The notes under the pieces were generated by a model. That model did no database searches. It was not told the origin of the DNA and worked only from the letters and a program-made list of their open reading frames with translations. The translations under genes and the position numbers were made by a program. A stretch of DNA of 32,000 nucleotides from Methanothermobacter thermautotrophicus str. Delta H (GTDB lineage Archaea > Methanobacteriota > Methanobacteria > Methanobacteriales > Methanothermobacteraceae). Every line of letters begins with the position of its first letter. Positions within the stretch are counted from its first letter, which is position 1. Location of the stretch: the NCBI RefSeq assembly GCF_000008645.1, contig NC_000916.1, forward strand, positions 420,001-452,000. The letters are read 5' to 3'. Below, in pieces: positions 1-10,045 of this stretch.

Positions 1-694
1 GCAGTGATTTATCCTCTGTCAGGTAGGCCACGAGGGTTGTTCTGTTCCTGTAGGCGAGGTATGTCCCTGAATCTGTGAGTGCGTAGGCCTTCTTCTCGTT
101 TGCAACCCTCAGGGTGTCCGCCATTCCGCTTCCGGTCTCAATGTACCATGCTGATCCGTTGACGGTGCTGTTGTAGTCTGTTACGTTCTTCCATATCTTT
201 ATCTCCCTTGAGTTTGTGCCTGAGTTATCGCCCCTTGATACGAACTTGACCTTCTCAGGGTTCTTCTCTGCTCCTTCAAGTATCTTTCTGAAGGCATCCT
301 TCCCTGTTTTCGCATCTTTAATACCTGCGGGGTCATCAGCAGGTCCCACGATGTAGAAGTAGTTGTAGGCGAAGGGGTATCTCTTCACACCGTATCCATC
401 CTTTATGAATTCCTCTTCCCTCTTCTTATCGTGGACTATCAGGAGGTCTGCATCACCCCTCTTTCCGCGTTCAAGGGCTATCCCGGTTCCACCTGAAACT
501 ATCTGCACATCTATGTTGGGGTATTTCCGCTCGAAGGCTGCCTCAACATCCTCAAGGAGGCCGGTGTCCTCCAGGCTTGTTGTGGTGGATATTCTGAGTA
601 TTTCTCTATCTCCATTGCCTGAGATTGCGTAAAATGCTATTGCTATGATGATGACAGCTGCAATGGCTGCCAGTGCAATGTATTTCCTGTCCAT
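1..694 (-). CDS. tupA: Tungstate-type ABC transporter substrate-binding protein (TupA-like); 3' end runs off the window
   Basis: My own minus-strand translation from ATG (694-692) gives MDRKYIALAAIAAVIIIAIAFYAISGNGDREILRISTTTSLEDTGLLEDVEAAFERKYPNIDVQIVSGGTGIALERGKRGDADLLIVHD...FVSRGDNSGTNSREIKIW.... It has an N-terminal anchor helix plus the TTTS and SRGD-SGT motifs typical of the TupA family. A GGAGGT SD (plus 703-708) lies 8 nt upstream. It is absent from the ORF track because it is open at the window edge. Confidence 0.7.
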   Translation of the reverse strand, partial: MDRKYIALAAIAAVIIIAIAFYAISGNGDREILRISTTTSLEDTGLLEDVEAAFERKYPNIDVQIVSGGTGIALERGKRGDADLLIVHDKKREEEFIKDGYGVKRYPFAYNYFYIVGPADDPAGIKDAKTGKDAFRKILEGAEKNPEKVKFVSRGDNSGTNSREIKIWKNVTDYNSTVNGSAWYIETGSGMADTLRVANEKKAYALTDSGTYLAYRNRTTLVAYLTEDKSL

Positions 695-830
695 GGTCTT
701 TAACCTCCATTAACTCAGAACACCTATATCGACATGGACATATATACATATCGGTTCTGTGAAGGAATGAGAACATGGGATCGTCCTGAAAGATAAAGAA
801 GGACTACTCTGAGGGAGTTATTCCCAGAAC

Positions 831-1103
831 CTACTTCTTGTACTTCTTCTCAAACCTTCTCCAGGACTTTGCAATGTATGGTTCACACCTGTCAAGCTCG
901 GTCAGGAGACACGCCCGTATTGTATCGCTCTTTATCTCCTCTTCAACCTCTATCTTCTTTTTAACGGTCTCGTAGACCCTCTCGATGATCTCCCTCTTCT
1001 CCTCAGGACTGTAACCGGCATCAATGGCTGCCTTCTCCAGTGATGCCCTTATCTTGGATGGTTCATAGGGCTCCCTGAAACCCCTCCTCTTTATAACATT
1101 CAT
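831..1103 (-). CDS. ATP-cone domain protein (small, stand-alone)
   Basis: ORF 831..1151. The sequence MNVIKRRGFREPYEPSKIRASLEKA... is a typical ATP-cone N-terminus. The internal ATG at 1103 is preceded by GGTGAT (revcomp of 1107-1112) 3 nt upstream, so I prefer 1103 over 1151 as the start. Confidence 0.7.
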   Translation of the reverse strand: MNVIKRRGFREPYEPSKIRASLEKAAIDAGYSPEEKREIIERVYETVKKKIEVEEEIKSDTIRACLLTELDRCEPYIAKSWRRFEKKYKK

Positions 1104-1215
1104 GTTATCACCATTCCATATATCTCTCTCCCCAATAATGTATTTTTTCACTGAACATCAGATTCATGGACAAACTGATAAAGATATCCGGAAGATGCAA
1201 CATATGATAATGTTG

Positions 1216-2678
1216 ATGACCCGATGGAAGAATATATCAGAGATAAGAACGGAGGAGGTTCCTGATGAACTCGAAACATCCGTTAACGGCCTGAAAGAGG
1301 CTGAGATCAGAAAGAGGCTGAATATTCACGGTCCCAATGAGATCCTCTTTAAAAGGCCGATGGCTCTATTAAGATTTCTTAAGCAGTTTCAGAGCCTCCT
1401 AGTCTACGTCCTTCTTATGGTGGCGATATTCACAGCGGTTATAGGTGAATGGATTGACACCGTGGTAATAGCCAGAGTCGTGATCCTGAATTCCACAGTA
1501 GGATTCATACAGGAGGGAAAGGCCTCTGAAGCCATAGAGGCCCTCCAGAAGTTCACCTGGTCAGAATCCGCTGTAATCAGGGATGGTGAGAAGATCAGAA
1601 TCCCCTCAAGGCTCCTCGTACCCGGTGACATAATAATAACTGGTGGTGGAGAGCGATCTCCGGCCGATATAAGGATACTGGAATCAAAGAACCTCCTTGT
1701 GGACGAGTCAGCCCTCACAGAAGAATCAGTGCCTGTTGAAAAGGACTCTGATCCCCTCACCGATGAGGATATTGAGAGGGGTGAGTTCAGGAACATCCTC
1801 TTCAGCGGTACCCTCATAATGAAGGAGAGGGGCATGGGCGCTGTAATCTCAACAGGCCCGGAAACAGAGCCTGGAAGGATAGCAGAAACTGTACAGAAGG
1901 TTGAAGTCAAAACCCCTCTTCTTAAAAAAATTGACGAATTTTCACGCACCATAACCATTACAGTAATTATCCTTGCGACCCTTAACTTCACTGCAGCACT
2001 GATATTTGGTTATGAGACCGTTTTCTCATTCCTCACCTCAACATCCCTGGCCGTAGCACCCATACCTGAAGGTCTGCCTGCCGTGCTAACAGTGACCCTT
2101 GCCCTTGCAGTGAGGGCCATGGCTGAAAGAAATGCCATAGTTCGCAATCTACCATCCGTTGAAACCCGTGGGAGCGTTACAGTGATATGCTCAGATAAAA
2201 CAGGGACACTCACCAGGAATGAGATGACTGTAAAATGCATATACGCCGGGGGTGTCTTCTATGAAGTTGAAGGGACAGGATATGACCAGGAGGGCAAAAT
2301 AAAACGGAAAGGAGTGGAGATCACAGAGAATCCAGGACCCCTTGAAGATATTCTCACCTGTGCACTGAACTTTAACAATGCATCAGTTGAGGGGGGTGCT
2401 TCACGGTGACCCCACCAAGGGAGCCCTGGTGGTTGCAGCCCATAAGGGGAATAAGGACACTGAAGGAGAGAGCCGATGAAATACCCTTTGACTCATCAAG
2501 GAAGTACATGGCTGTCCTCACAGAGGATGGGACCATCTACACCAAGGGGGCTCCTGAAAGGATAACTGAGATGTGCAGCCATGAGGCTGGTGATGAGAAA
2601 AACGTGGAGATTGACAGAGAAAGGCTCATGGCAATAGAAATTGAGAAGTACCTTATGAGAAGGTGGAAACATGAATGA
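1216..2678 (+). pseudogene. Cation-transporting P-type ATPase, frameshifted and 3'-truncated
   Basis: ORF 1102..2409 contains TM helices, the actuator region and the phosphorylation motif ICSDKTGTLT. Its frame ends at 2407-2409. The expected GDPTKGALVVAAHKG continues in another frame, which stops after ~20 codons. EIPFDSSRKYMAVL...TKGAPERI continues in a third frame (ORF 2406..2678). The hinge/TGDN/GDGxND half and the C-terminal TM helices are missing. The likely original start is ATG 1216 (MTRWKNISEI...). Confidence 0.8.
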
Positions 2679-3276
2679 ATGCCCGGAGAACAGTTCATGG
2701 AAGCTGAAACTTCTAACATCGATCAGGATCCTTCTGGTGGTGATGGGTGTTATCATCGTGGTCTTTGGAGCGGGGGGTACCAGGGTCTTCGGACTCATAA
2801 CCCTCATCGCGGTTGCAGTTGTCTACCTCCCTCCCCTCAGGCACCCCCATGGTTTACGGGTCATCCCGGTGGAGATTGAGATACTCTTCCTCACGGTGGT
2901 TGCACTGGAGTACATCCTCGGCAACACATTAGGCCTCTACGGGAGGATAGCCTACTATGACAAGTTCATGCACTTCACCGTCCCATTCATAGTCGCACTG
3001 ATAGGCATGATGCTCATCTACACGGCCTACGTCTATGGAAAGATAAGGACCAGCCTCCTGATAATGGCCTTCCTCATAATCTTCGTGACCCTGGGACTCG
3101 GCGCCCTCCTGGAGCTTGTTGAGTACGGCTACGACCACTACCTCTATCAGCACATAGAGCATGTCCTGCCGACCGGTCCCACACAGGGGTCCCCTGTAAT
3201 GGATCCCCTCGCTGATACCATGTTCGACCTCCTCACAGACCTCCTGGGCGGGGTATTCGGGCCGTTACCGGCGTGA
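2671..3276 (+). CDS. Polytopic membrane protein, unknown function (possible C-terminal frameshift)
   Basis: The 201-aa ORF has several hydrophobic helices (LLVVMGVIIVVFGAGG, VPFIVALIGMMLIY, LIMAFLIIFVTLGLGALL). Its start overlaps the end of the ATPase remnant by 8 nt. From 3261 another frame reads AVTGVILVRRAERKNYCLEWVDGVARFEGIDEENNQN* (stop 3372-3374). This would complete a TM helix followed by a positive patch. Confidence 0.55.
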   Translation: MNECPENSSWKLKLLTSIRILLVVMGVIIVVFGAGGTRVFGLITLIAVAVVYLPPLRHPHGLRVIPVEIEILFLTVVALEYILGNTLGLYGRIAYYDKFMHFTVPFIVALIGMMLIYTAYVYGKIRTSLLIMAFLIIFVTLGLGALLELVEYGYDHYLYQHIEHVLPTGPTQGSPVMDPLADTMFDLLTDLLGGVFGPLPA

Positions 3277-3496
3277 TACTTGTCAGAAGAGCTGAAAGGA
3301 AAAACTACTGCCTTGAATGGGTTGATGGGGTGGCAAGGTTTGAGGGAATCGACGAAGAGAATAATCAGAATTAAGGTTGTCCTGTGAATACCTCTAGTAT
3401 GGCTGCTGCATGGACGTTGAGGTGTAATGGGACCATCCAACATCGCCAGATACATGAATCATTGCCTTCTCTTCACAGATCTCATCAGAAGAAGAA

Positions 3497-3778
3497 TTAG
3501 AGGGGCTTTAGAATGTCCCTTTTAAGTTCAAAGGAAGCTGCGAAGATGAATGCCATCATAACAGGGAGGAGGCATATCTTAACAACCTCAAGTTCTGGGA
3601 ATGGCAGAAATTCCTTTATGAGCCTCACAAAGAGGAGTATGCTGCCAGTCAGGAGGGCCATTGATACAAGAGCCCAGAGACCGGAGGCGAACCTTGTCAT
3701 GAAATAATTCTTCACCGAGAGTACAGCTGCAAGCAACATGAAGATGAAGGCCACGGTCTTCATGATTAAGATTATCAT
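3497..3778 (-). CDS. Small membrane protein (93 aa), unknown function
   Basis: The ORF-track protein MIILIMKTVAFIFMLLAAVLSV...LLTGSILLFVRLI...LLPVMMAFIFAASF has about 3 predicted TM helices. Confidence 0.55.
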   Translation of the reverse strand: MIILIMKTVAFIFMLLAAVLSVKNYFMTRFASGLWALVSMALLTGSILLFVRLIKEFLPFPELEVVKICLLPVMMAFIFAASFELKRDILKPL

Positions 3779-3864
3779 TTCTCAGCCCCCAGTTTTCTGT
3801 TTGAAATGAGGGCGGCATAGAAGAAAAGTAATGATGCTAACATTATGAAAAACCATTCAACCAT
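3775..3864 (-). CDS. Possible unannotated small hydrophobic ORF (29 aa from ATG; ~50 aa if TTG 3927 is used)
   Basis: My own translation gives (TTG)LFIASICGFLREISEFDVFR-MVEWFFIMLASLLFFYAALISNRKLGAEK*. Its TGA overlaps the ATG of the 93-aa gene in an ATGA junction (3775-3778), which suggests translational coupling. It is below the ORF-track length cutoff. Confidence 0.25.
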   Translation of the reverse strand: MVEWFFIMLASLLFFYAALISNRKLGAEK

Positions 3865-4412
3865 CCTGAAGACATCAAACTCTGATATCTCCCTCAGAAA
3901 ACCACAGATGCTCGCTATGAACAGCAAGAGTCATGTAGATCCATCTACTCTCCTGCATGGAGACCCTCAGCATGTAGATGGAACTCAGGCCTGTTATAAA
4001 CGCTGATATGAACTGGGCAACCTGAAATTCACGTCCAAAGGGTATCACACTACCACCAGGGATATATCTGCAATCAAGCTAATTTTTTGCCCAATACAGA
4101 ACCACATCACTGGAGGTTTTCAGGCCCACACCAGCTGACGCCTAATGGTCCTCATGCTCAGGTCCAGTGAGCTATGTGTTCCAGAGCCGAATACATGTTA
4201 AGGGCCTGTTTCCATCTACTGCATGAGTTACACCGCATCTCCTGACCGGAATTCAATCCATGCATCCTATCCAGGATAAGGTCTGTGAGGGACTGTTTAT
4301 GCGGTTGACGCCTTCATGTCTCTGGTAGATGAAAACTGTGGTCCAGTAACCCCCAAGATGATATGATTGAATGGGGGATTCATTTCAGCCCCCAGCTGTC
4401 TATTCCCCTAGA

Positions 4413-7400
4413 TCAGACGAACCTGACACCTTCATCATCAACCACAATTTCGCCCCGCCTTGCCATGTCCTCCATGACCCTCCTTATCCCAGAGGCCGTC
4501 CTCCTGCTGGTATTCTTAAAGCCGAAGATCCTCGATACACGTGTTATAACCTCATCCATATCAGAGGTTGACCTGAGGGCAATCCTCACCGCCTCCTCGA
4601 TCTCCATGGGGGATATGAGGGAGATGTCGATCCTTCCACTTCTCCTTCGAACCGTAACAGGCATTGAGTCTGAGAGGAGAGGAATTCACCGTTTCTCTTG
4701 ATGTTGCCATTGTTCTCTGCCATCTCAATGGCAGAGTTGATTATGCTCCTGACCCTCCTCCCGGCCCTCCTCAACCCGCATGACTCCCTTATACGCCTTA
4801 TAACCTCCTCCACGTGGATACGACCCTCCATGGATACTATCTCACTGACAACAGAGGATATTATGGGTGTGGGGCTCCGGTAGAGGTCATCCGGTTCCCT
4901 GAGCTTGTCGGTTTCATACTCAACATACTCTGCCGCTCCATCCATGGGGGGTTCCTGGTCAGGACCCCCTGACTCTCCCGTTACCTCAAGACCCCCGGAA
5001 TCATCAACCGCAGGTTCATCCACCTCATCAACAGCCTCTTCCATATCATCCGGTTCAACAGCCTCCTGTTCAGTTTCAGGAGTCTCAGGTGACTCCTGGC
5101 CATACGGGCTCCTCAACAATCTCCTCGAGTCTATCGGAGACCTTCCTCTGTGTCTCCTCACGGTTCCTGTACCAGTCAGAGGACCAGAGGTGTATGATCT
5201 TCCATCCGAGGTTCCGGAGGATCTCCTCCCTCAGCCGGTCCCGGTCCCTTGCAACCTCGGCCCGGCTGTACATCTCACCATCGGTGAGTATCCCTGCAAT
5301 GTACCTGCCCGGCTCATCAGGATCCTTCACCGCGAAGTCAACACGGAACCCGGCACATCCAACTCCCCTGTCAACCTCGAATCCCGCATCAACCAGGAAG
5401 TCATATACAGAGTCCTCAAACAGTCCCTGTGAGGTGTCAGTGGAGTCTGATTCCAGGAACCCTGTCTCAGCGTACCTGAGGAACCTCTTGAGGGCCCTGA
5501 CACCGAAGGGTGTCCCAGGCCCGGTTCTGAGGTCCGAGGACCTGAAGTTCGTGAAGACCACACACTTCTCACGGGCCCTGGTGATGAGGACGTTCAGCCT
5601 TCTCTCACCACCCTCCTGGTTGAGGGGCCCGAAGTTGAGGGACATGCGGCCCCTCTCGTCGAAGCCGTAGCCCACACTTATGAATATCACATCCCTCTCA
5701 TCCCCCTGTATGGTCTCCAGGTTCTTTATGAAGAAGGGCTCATCGGTCTCCTGGTTTATTATCCGTTCAAGTTCAGGGTTCTCCCTGAGGCGGGCCTCCA
5801 GGGCCTCCAGTATGGCGTTCATCTGGGCCACAGAGAATGTACCGACCCCGAGACTCCTTGAGGAACCGTACCTCATGAAGTGTTCCTCTATGGCGTCAAC
5901 CACCGCCGCGGCCTCCAGGGGATTGGATGACGTCCTCCCACGCTCATAGACCGTGTCCGGGAGGTAGACCAGGTGCAGTCCAAGTTCCTCGTCCTCCCTT
6001 GCAGGGGACGGATAGACCAGGAGCCTGTTATCATAGAACTCCTGGTTGGAGACCGCTATGAGGGATTCATGCCGGCTCCTGTAGTGCCACCTGAGCATCC
6101 TCACAGGGAAGCTCCTCTTGCAGAGGTGCAGTATGCTCTCAATGTCCGCAGCGGTAGCCACATCCTCTGAGTCTTCCTCCGCTGATATCATCTGGTCAAA
6201 GAAGCTTGTAGGTGGGAGCTGGTTGGTGTCACCCATCACCACGGCCGTCCTGGCCCTGAGGAATGCCCCCAGGGCGTCCTCGGGTTTAACCTGTGATGCC
6301 TCGTCAAAGATCACTACATCGAACTGAAGCTGGCTGCTTCTGGGGTCAAGGTACTGGGCTATCGAGAGGGGGCTCATCATGAAGCAGGGCTTTATCCTCT
6401 TTACAGTGCCGCCTGCAAGTTTCAGGAGCTTCCTTAGAGGCATATGACCCCTTTTACGTGTGAACTCCCCGCTGAGGATGCTCTCCTCTGAGTTGGGGGC
6501 CGCACCCCCAAATACCGTGGGCATGTTACTGTTGAGCTGGTGTATGAGCCTCTTCCTGTTGAGCTCGATTATCCTGGAGTCCAGCTCCCTGAACTCCCTT
6601 ATCTTGGCCTCGTGGAGGTCACCTATGAAGGTGTAAAGTGTGGGTATCTCCCTGAAGGCCCTCTCAAGGAGTGCATCTGCAAGGTTGCCCTCCATGGCAG
6701 GCCTTATATCATCCATGCGGATTATACCCGACTCTATTATGGGTATGAATGCAGCCCCCCGGGTCTTCATGCAGAGCCTCTTCTTCTCGAGGTACTGTGA
6801 CCAGAGGGGAAGGAGGTTGAGGGCCTCACTCCAGGCCTTCACCCTTGACCTCCAGGCCCTGAAGGGGACGTCCTCTGGCATGGAGTTGAAGAGGACATGG
6901 GCATGGGTGTTTATACCCTTCTGGAGCCTTGAGAGTTTGTCCTCAAGTTCATTGTAGATTTCCATAATCTCCTCAAACTCAGAGAGCAGTTTCTCACCAT
7001 CAAGGCCCCGGGAGATGCACTCAAGGGTCCTCTCTGATATCATTCCATCACTGTGGAGGTCCCTGAACCTCACTATCCACTCTGCGGTGGCCCTGAGGTC
7101 CTCGAGGGGTGGGTTCTCAGGGTTCCACATTGAACCGAAGAACCTCTCAGCAACCCCGCTGTACCTCTCAAGTTCCTCTCTCAGGCTCATGACGTCCATG
7201 AGGTTCTCAAGATCCTCAACAACCTCGTAGTCGTTCTCAGGGGCCCTGCCAACATACAGGGCGTCTATCTCATTCCTTATCTTCCTGTACCTTCCGCTCA
7301 GGAACTTTATGCGGCTGGATGACTCCTTCAGGTAGTCCCTCAGGAGGGCCTCCAGGTCCACTCCATGTACAGATTCATGGAACCTGTCCAGTATCTCACG

Positions 7401-9189
7401 CTTCCTGGTGTAGGACTCCAGTTTATCAAGCAGGGTGAATGCATCAGCCCTGTAGCGGTCCCATATACTGGATTCCAGAACCCCCAGGTCGAAGGGCCTT
7501 GACTCCGCAACCACAGAGACAACCTCCGCGAGTCCCCGGAGTTCGCCCGGGGTCTTAACCCTCATGAACCCGTATCTTTCCTGGAACTCCCTCAGGGATG
7601 CTGTTAACCTGTCAGCGGTCTTCATTATTGATTCAAGGAGTATTTCAAGTTCCCTGACATCTGAGGGTAGCATCATACCGGGATCGGTGCCGGACCAGGG
7701 GTTTTCCTGGAGTGGCGGGAGGAGTTCAGCCAGTTTCGCCAGGTTTCTGAGTTCAACCAGGGCCTCATCCCATTCATCGGGTGTTATGGTCTCGGGGGAT
7801 GGTATCCTGACAAAGGGGAGCTCACCGTTGAAGTACTTCTCTGCACGCTCCTTCATCCCGAATAGCTGGAAGGGTGAAAGCTGTATGCTGTACAGTGGTT
7901 CGTGAAGGGCGCGACGATACTCGTTGAGTTCATCACGGAGCCTCTCCATCCTCCTGAACTCCCTCTCTGCCTCGGGCCTATCTGCCTCTGCCTCCATGAG
8001 GGTGGCTTCCAGTTCATTGAGGACGTCCTTCTTACGTGCCTTGTGGGAGTGGAGTTCAAGGCAGAACCTCCCCAGTCCTATGGAGTCCAGCCTGCTCTTG
8101 ACAACCTCAAGGGCCGCCATCTTCTCACTCACAAAGAGGACCGTCTTGCCTGAGGCCATCAGCTCCGCTATGAGGTTCACTATGGTCTGGGACTTCCCGG
8201 TGCCTGGTGGGCCCTCAACCACAAGGTTCTTACCTGCCTTCACATCCTCTATGACCGCGATCTGGGATGAGTCAGCATCCACGACATGGTAGAGGTCCCT
8301 GTAGGGTATGCTGTCTATGTCCACCTCCTCGCTGTCATCGTCTATCTCAATGGAGAAGAGGGCCCTGAGGAGGGGTCTGTCCACTATCTCATCCCAGTTG
8401 GGATAGGAGGAGGGGTCCAGGTCCATGTACATGAGGAACTTGGTGAAGGAGAAGAATCCGAGCTGGACCTCATCGGTGACACCCCACCCCTCCATTGATG
8501 AGACAGCCCCCTCGACGCGTTTAAGGTAAGCTGAGACACCCCCCGGAGAGGAGGGCATGGTGAACTCTGGCAGCTCAACACCCTCCTCCCTGAGCCGTTG
8601 CCTGGAGGGACATGTTGGTTATGATCTCACTGCCATCCCAGCGGAGTGAGAAGGATGAACCCGCCCTCCTCCTCTCAAGTGACACGGGTACCAGGACCAG
8701 GGGTGCTCTTCTGATGTCCGGTTCCCCCTCTGTCCTCCACTCCAGGAAGCCAAGGGCGAGGTAGAGTATGTTGTAGCCCTGCTCCTGTATCATGGTCCTG
8801 GCCCTCTGGTTGATGTAGAATAGCCTCCTCTGGAGTTCGGCCTCTGTCAGGGCTGTCTGGAGTATGTTCTCATCCTCCACCTCCATCAGGTTCTCTTCAG
8901 GAGAGATACCCTCGGGGGGGACTTCCAGTTCATCGCTGGGGCTGTTCTCACAGAGGATGGGACCATCTGGATCCAGGGTTTCTTCCTCCTCAATGCGGGG
9001 TGCGAGCTTCATCTTTTTCCGGTTGAGGACAAGGTAGCTGTATATGTACTCAGGGTCATGGTTCACCACCTCAACCGTCCTGGACCTTGGTCTGAAGTTG
9101 AGGAGCTGGTTCCTCATTGTGAGGTCAAGGAGTTTCTCCCTCAGATTCTCAAATTCCCTTTCAATGATTTCCCTTGCAGATTGATCCAT
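4413..9189 (-). pseudogene. DUF4011 / SF1 (Upf1-like, AAA_11/AAA_12) helicase / REase-like (DUF559/MTES_1575-type) / DUF3320 protein, split by three frameshifts
   Basis: The N-terminal piece (8575..9189) begins MDQSAREIIEREFENLREKLLDLTMRNQLLNF, a DUF4011 signature. The core (5085..8558) carries GPPGTGKSQT (8161-8220 region), VIFDEASQV, GDTNQLPPT, WHYRSRHESLI, IQGDERDVIF and LNVLITRAREK. It then carries a Vsr/DUF559-like module (GFRVDFAV...LTDGEMY...LGWKIIHLW). The tail fragments 4586..5161 and 4413..4664 read like DUF3320 (VEEVIRRIRESCGLRRAG...; MPVTVRRRSG..ISPMEIEEAV). Frame changes lie near 8595-8605, 5090-5105 and 4664-4680. Confidence 0.8.
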
Positions 9190-9252
9190 TCAGATTCTCC
9201 CTCATTTCTGTTCCATAGAAGTCTTCAGGATGTTCACATTAAGGATTCTATC

Positions 9253-9579
9253 CTAGATATTCCTCTCCGCCGGCACCGTTACTGTGGCCACCCTGTAGAA
9301 TATGTAGACGAGCACAATGTCAATCAGCCATATCATGGCGGCGATGATCTCATCATTTCCCGGGATTGGCCAGAAGAGGTCTATGAGGTCCATCACCCTC
9401 GTCGCTGAGAATATTATCATTGAAACTGCGAATACGCTTATCAGGATGGCTGTTTCATCCATGTTAGAGAACAGCATCCCCAGGGCCGCCTCATCATATC
9501 GCAGATTGTTCATGAGTATCCTCGCTGAGAAGTAGAGCGACAGAATTGGAGGTATCATTACAATCCATTTCACATACAT
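9253..9579 (-). CDS. Small membrane protein, unknown function
   Basis: ORF 9253..9582 begins at a TTG. The adjacent ATG at 9579 (MYVKWIVMIPPILSLYF...) overlaps the upstream gene's TGA in a TGATG junction. About 3 hydrophobic helices. Confidence 0.5.
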   Translation of the reverse strand: MYVKWIVMIPPILSLYFSARILMNNLRYDEAALGMLFSNMDETAILISVFAVSMIIFSATRVMDLIDLFWPIPGNDEIIAAMIWLIDIVLVYIFYRVATVTVPAERNI

Positions 9580-9890
9580 CAAACATCACCACCCATCACT
9601 GAGGATAAGAGGAACACTGAAACCAGGAGGAAGAATGCGTTGAGGTTCAGGAAACACTCAACGACAGCCTCATCCTGCCCCGTGACAAAGGTGAAGCCGA
9701 CCAGTACCGTGAAGATTGATGCAAGGAACACTGATACACATATGAGCCTTGCGGTGCGTCTGTGGAGGAAAAGCATCGAGACTGCAAGTTCCCTGGCTCC
9801 TATCTGCCTGAGTATCCTGACACAGAACCCTATTATGAAAAGACCCATGAAAAGGCCTATCACCCTGTTTATCAGAACCAGCTGATCCAT
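9579..9890 (-). CDS. Small membrane protein, unknown function
   Basis: ORF 9579..10022. The hydrophobic body starts at ATG 9890 (MDQLVLINRVIGLFMGLFIIGFCV...). The W/R-rich N-terminal extension runs through the 31-bp repeats and looks non-coding. An A/T-rich AGATAAATAT box lies 35-45 nt upstream of 9890. Confidence 0.5.
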   Translation of the reverse strand: MDQLVLINRVIGLFMGLFIIGFCVRILRQIGARELAVSMLFLHRRTARLICVSVFLASIFTVLVGFTFVTGQDEAVVECFLNLNAFFLLVSVFLLSSVMGGDV

Positions 9891-9968
9891 ATAAACACCA
9901 TAGGTATTATGTTCAGGGGGATATTTATCTATTCCAGTCCCCCACCATGCCATCCATCTGGATACATG

Positions 9969-10045
9969 GGCCACACTCCAACATGCCATCCTCCTCAGCC
10001 ATGACATTACCCCTGGCCACACTCCAACATGCCATCCTCCTCAGC
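9969..10045. repeat. Exact 31-bp direct repeat, two copies 46 bp apart (9969-9999 and 10015-10045)
   Basis: GGCCACACTCCAACATGCCATCCTCCTCAGC is read twice with a 15-bp spacer (catgacattacccct). Copy 2 contains the last 2 nt and the stop codon of the MrfB-like gene. Confidence 0.95.

Noticed and set aside
3775-4395. The 16-18-nt similarity (3775-3792 vs 4380-4395) as att-like direct repeats bounding an inserted element
   Set aside because: A match of this length with an indel is only marginally beyond chance in 32 kb. There is no integrase or cargo between the copies. It is kept only as a note inside the ORF-free-region finding.
4413-9189. Programmed ribosomal frameshifting, or separate functional genes, for the split SF1 helicase
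   Set aside because: The three breaks fall at unrelated sequences with no slippery heptamers. The fragments cut through single domains (DUF4011/helicase junction, DUF3320), which is more consistent with decay.
9969-10045. The 31-bp direct repeat as a minimal CRISPR array
   Set aside because: There are only two copies and the spacer is only 15 bp. No further repeats or cas genes occur in the window, and one copy overlaps a coding stop codon.
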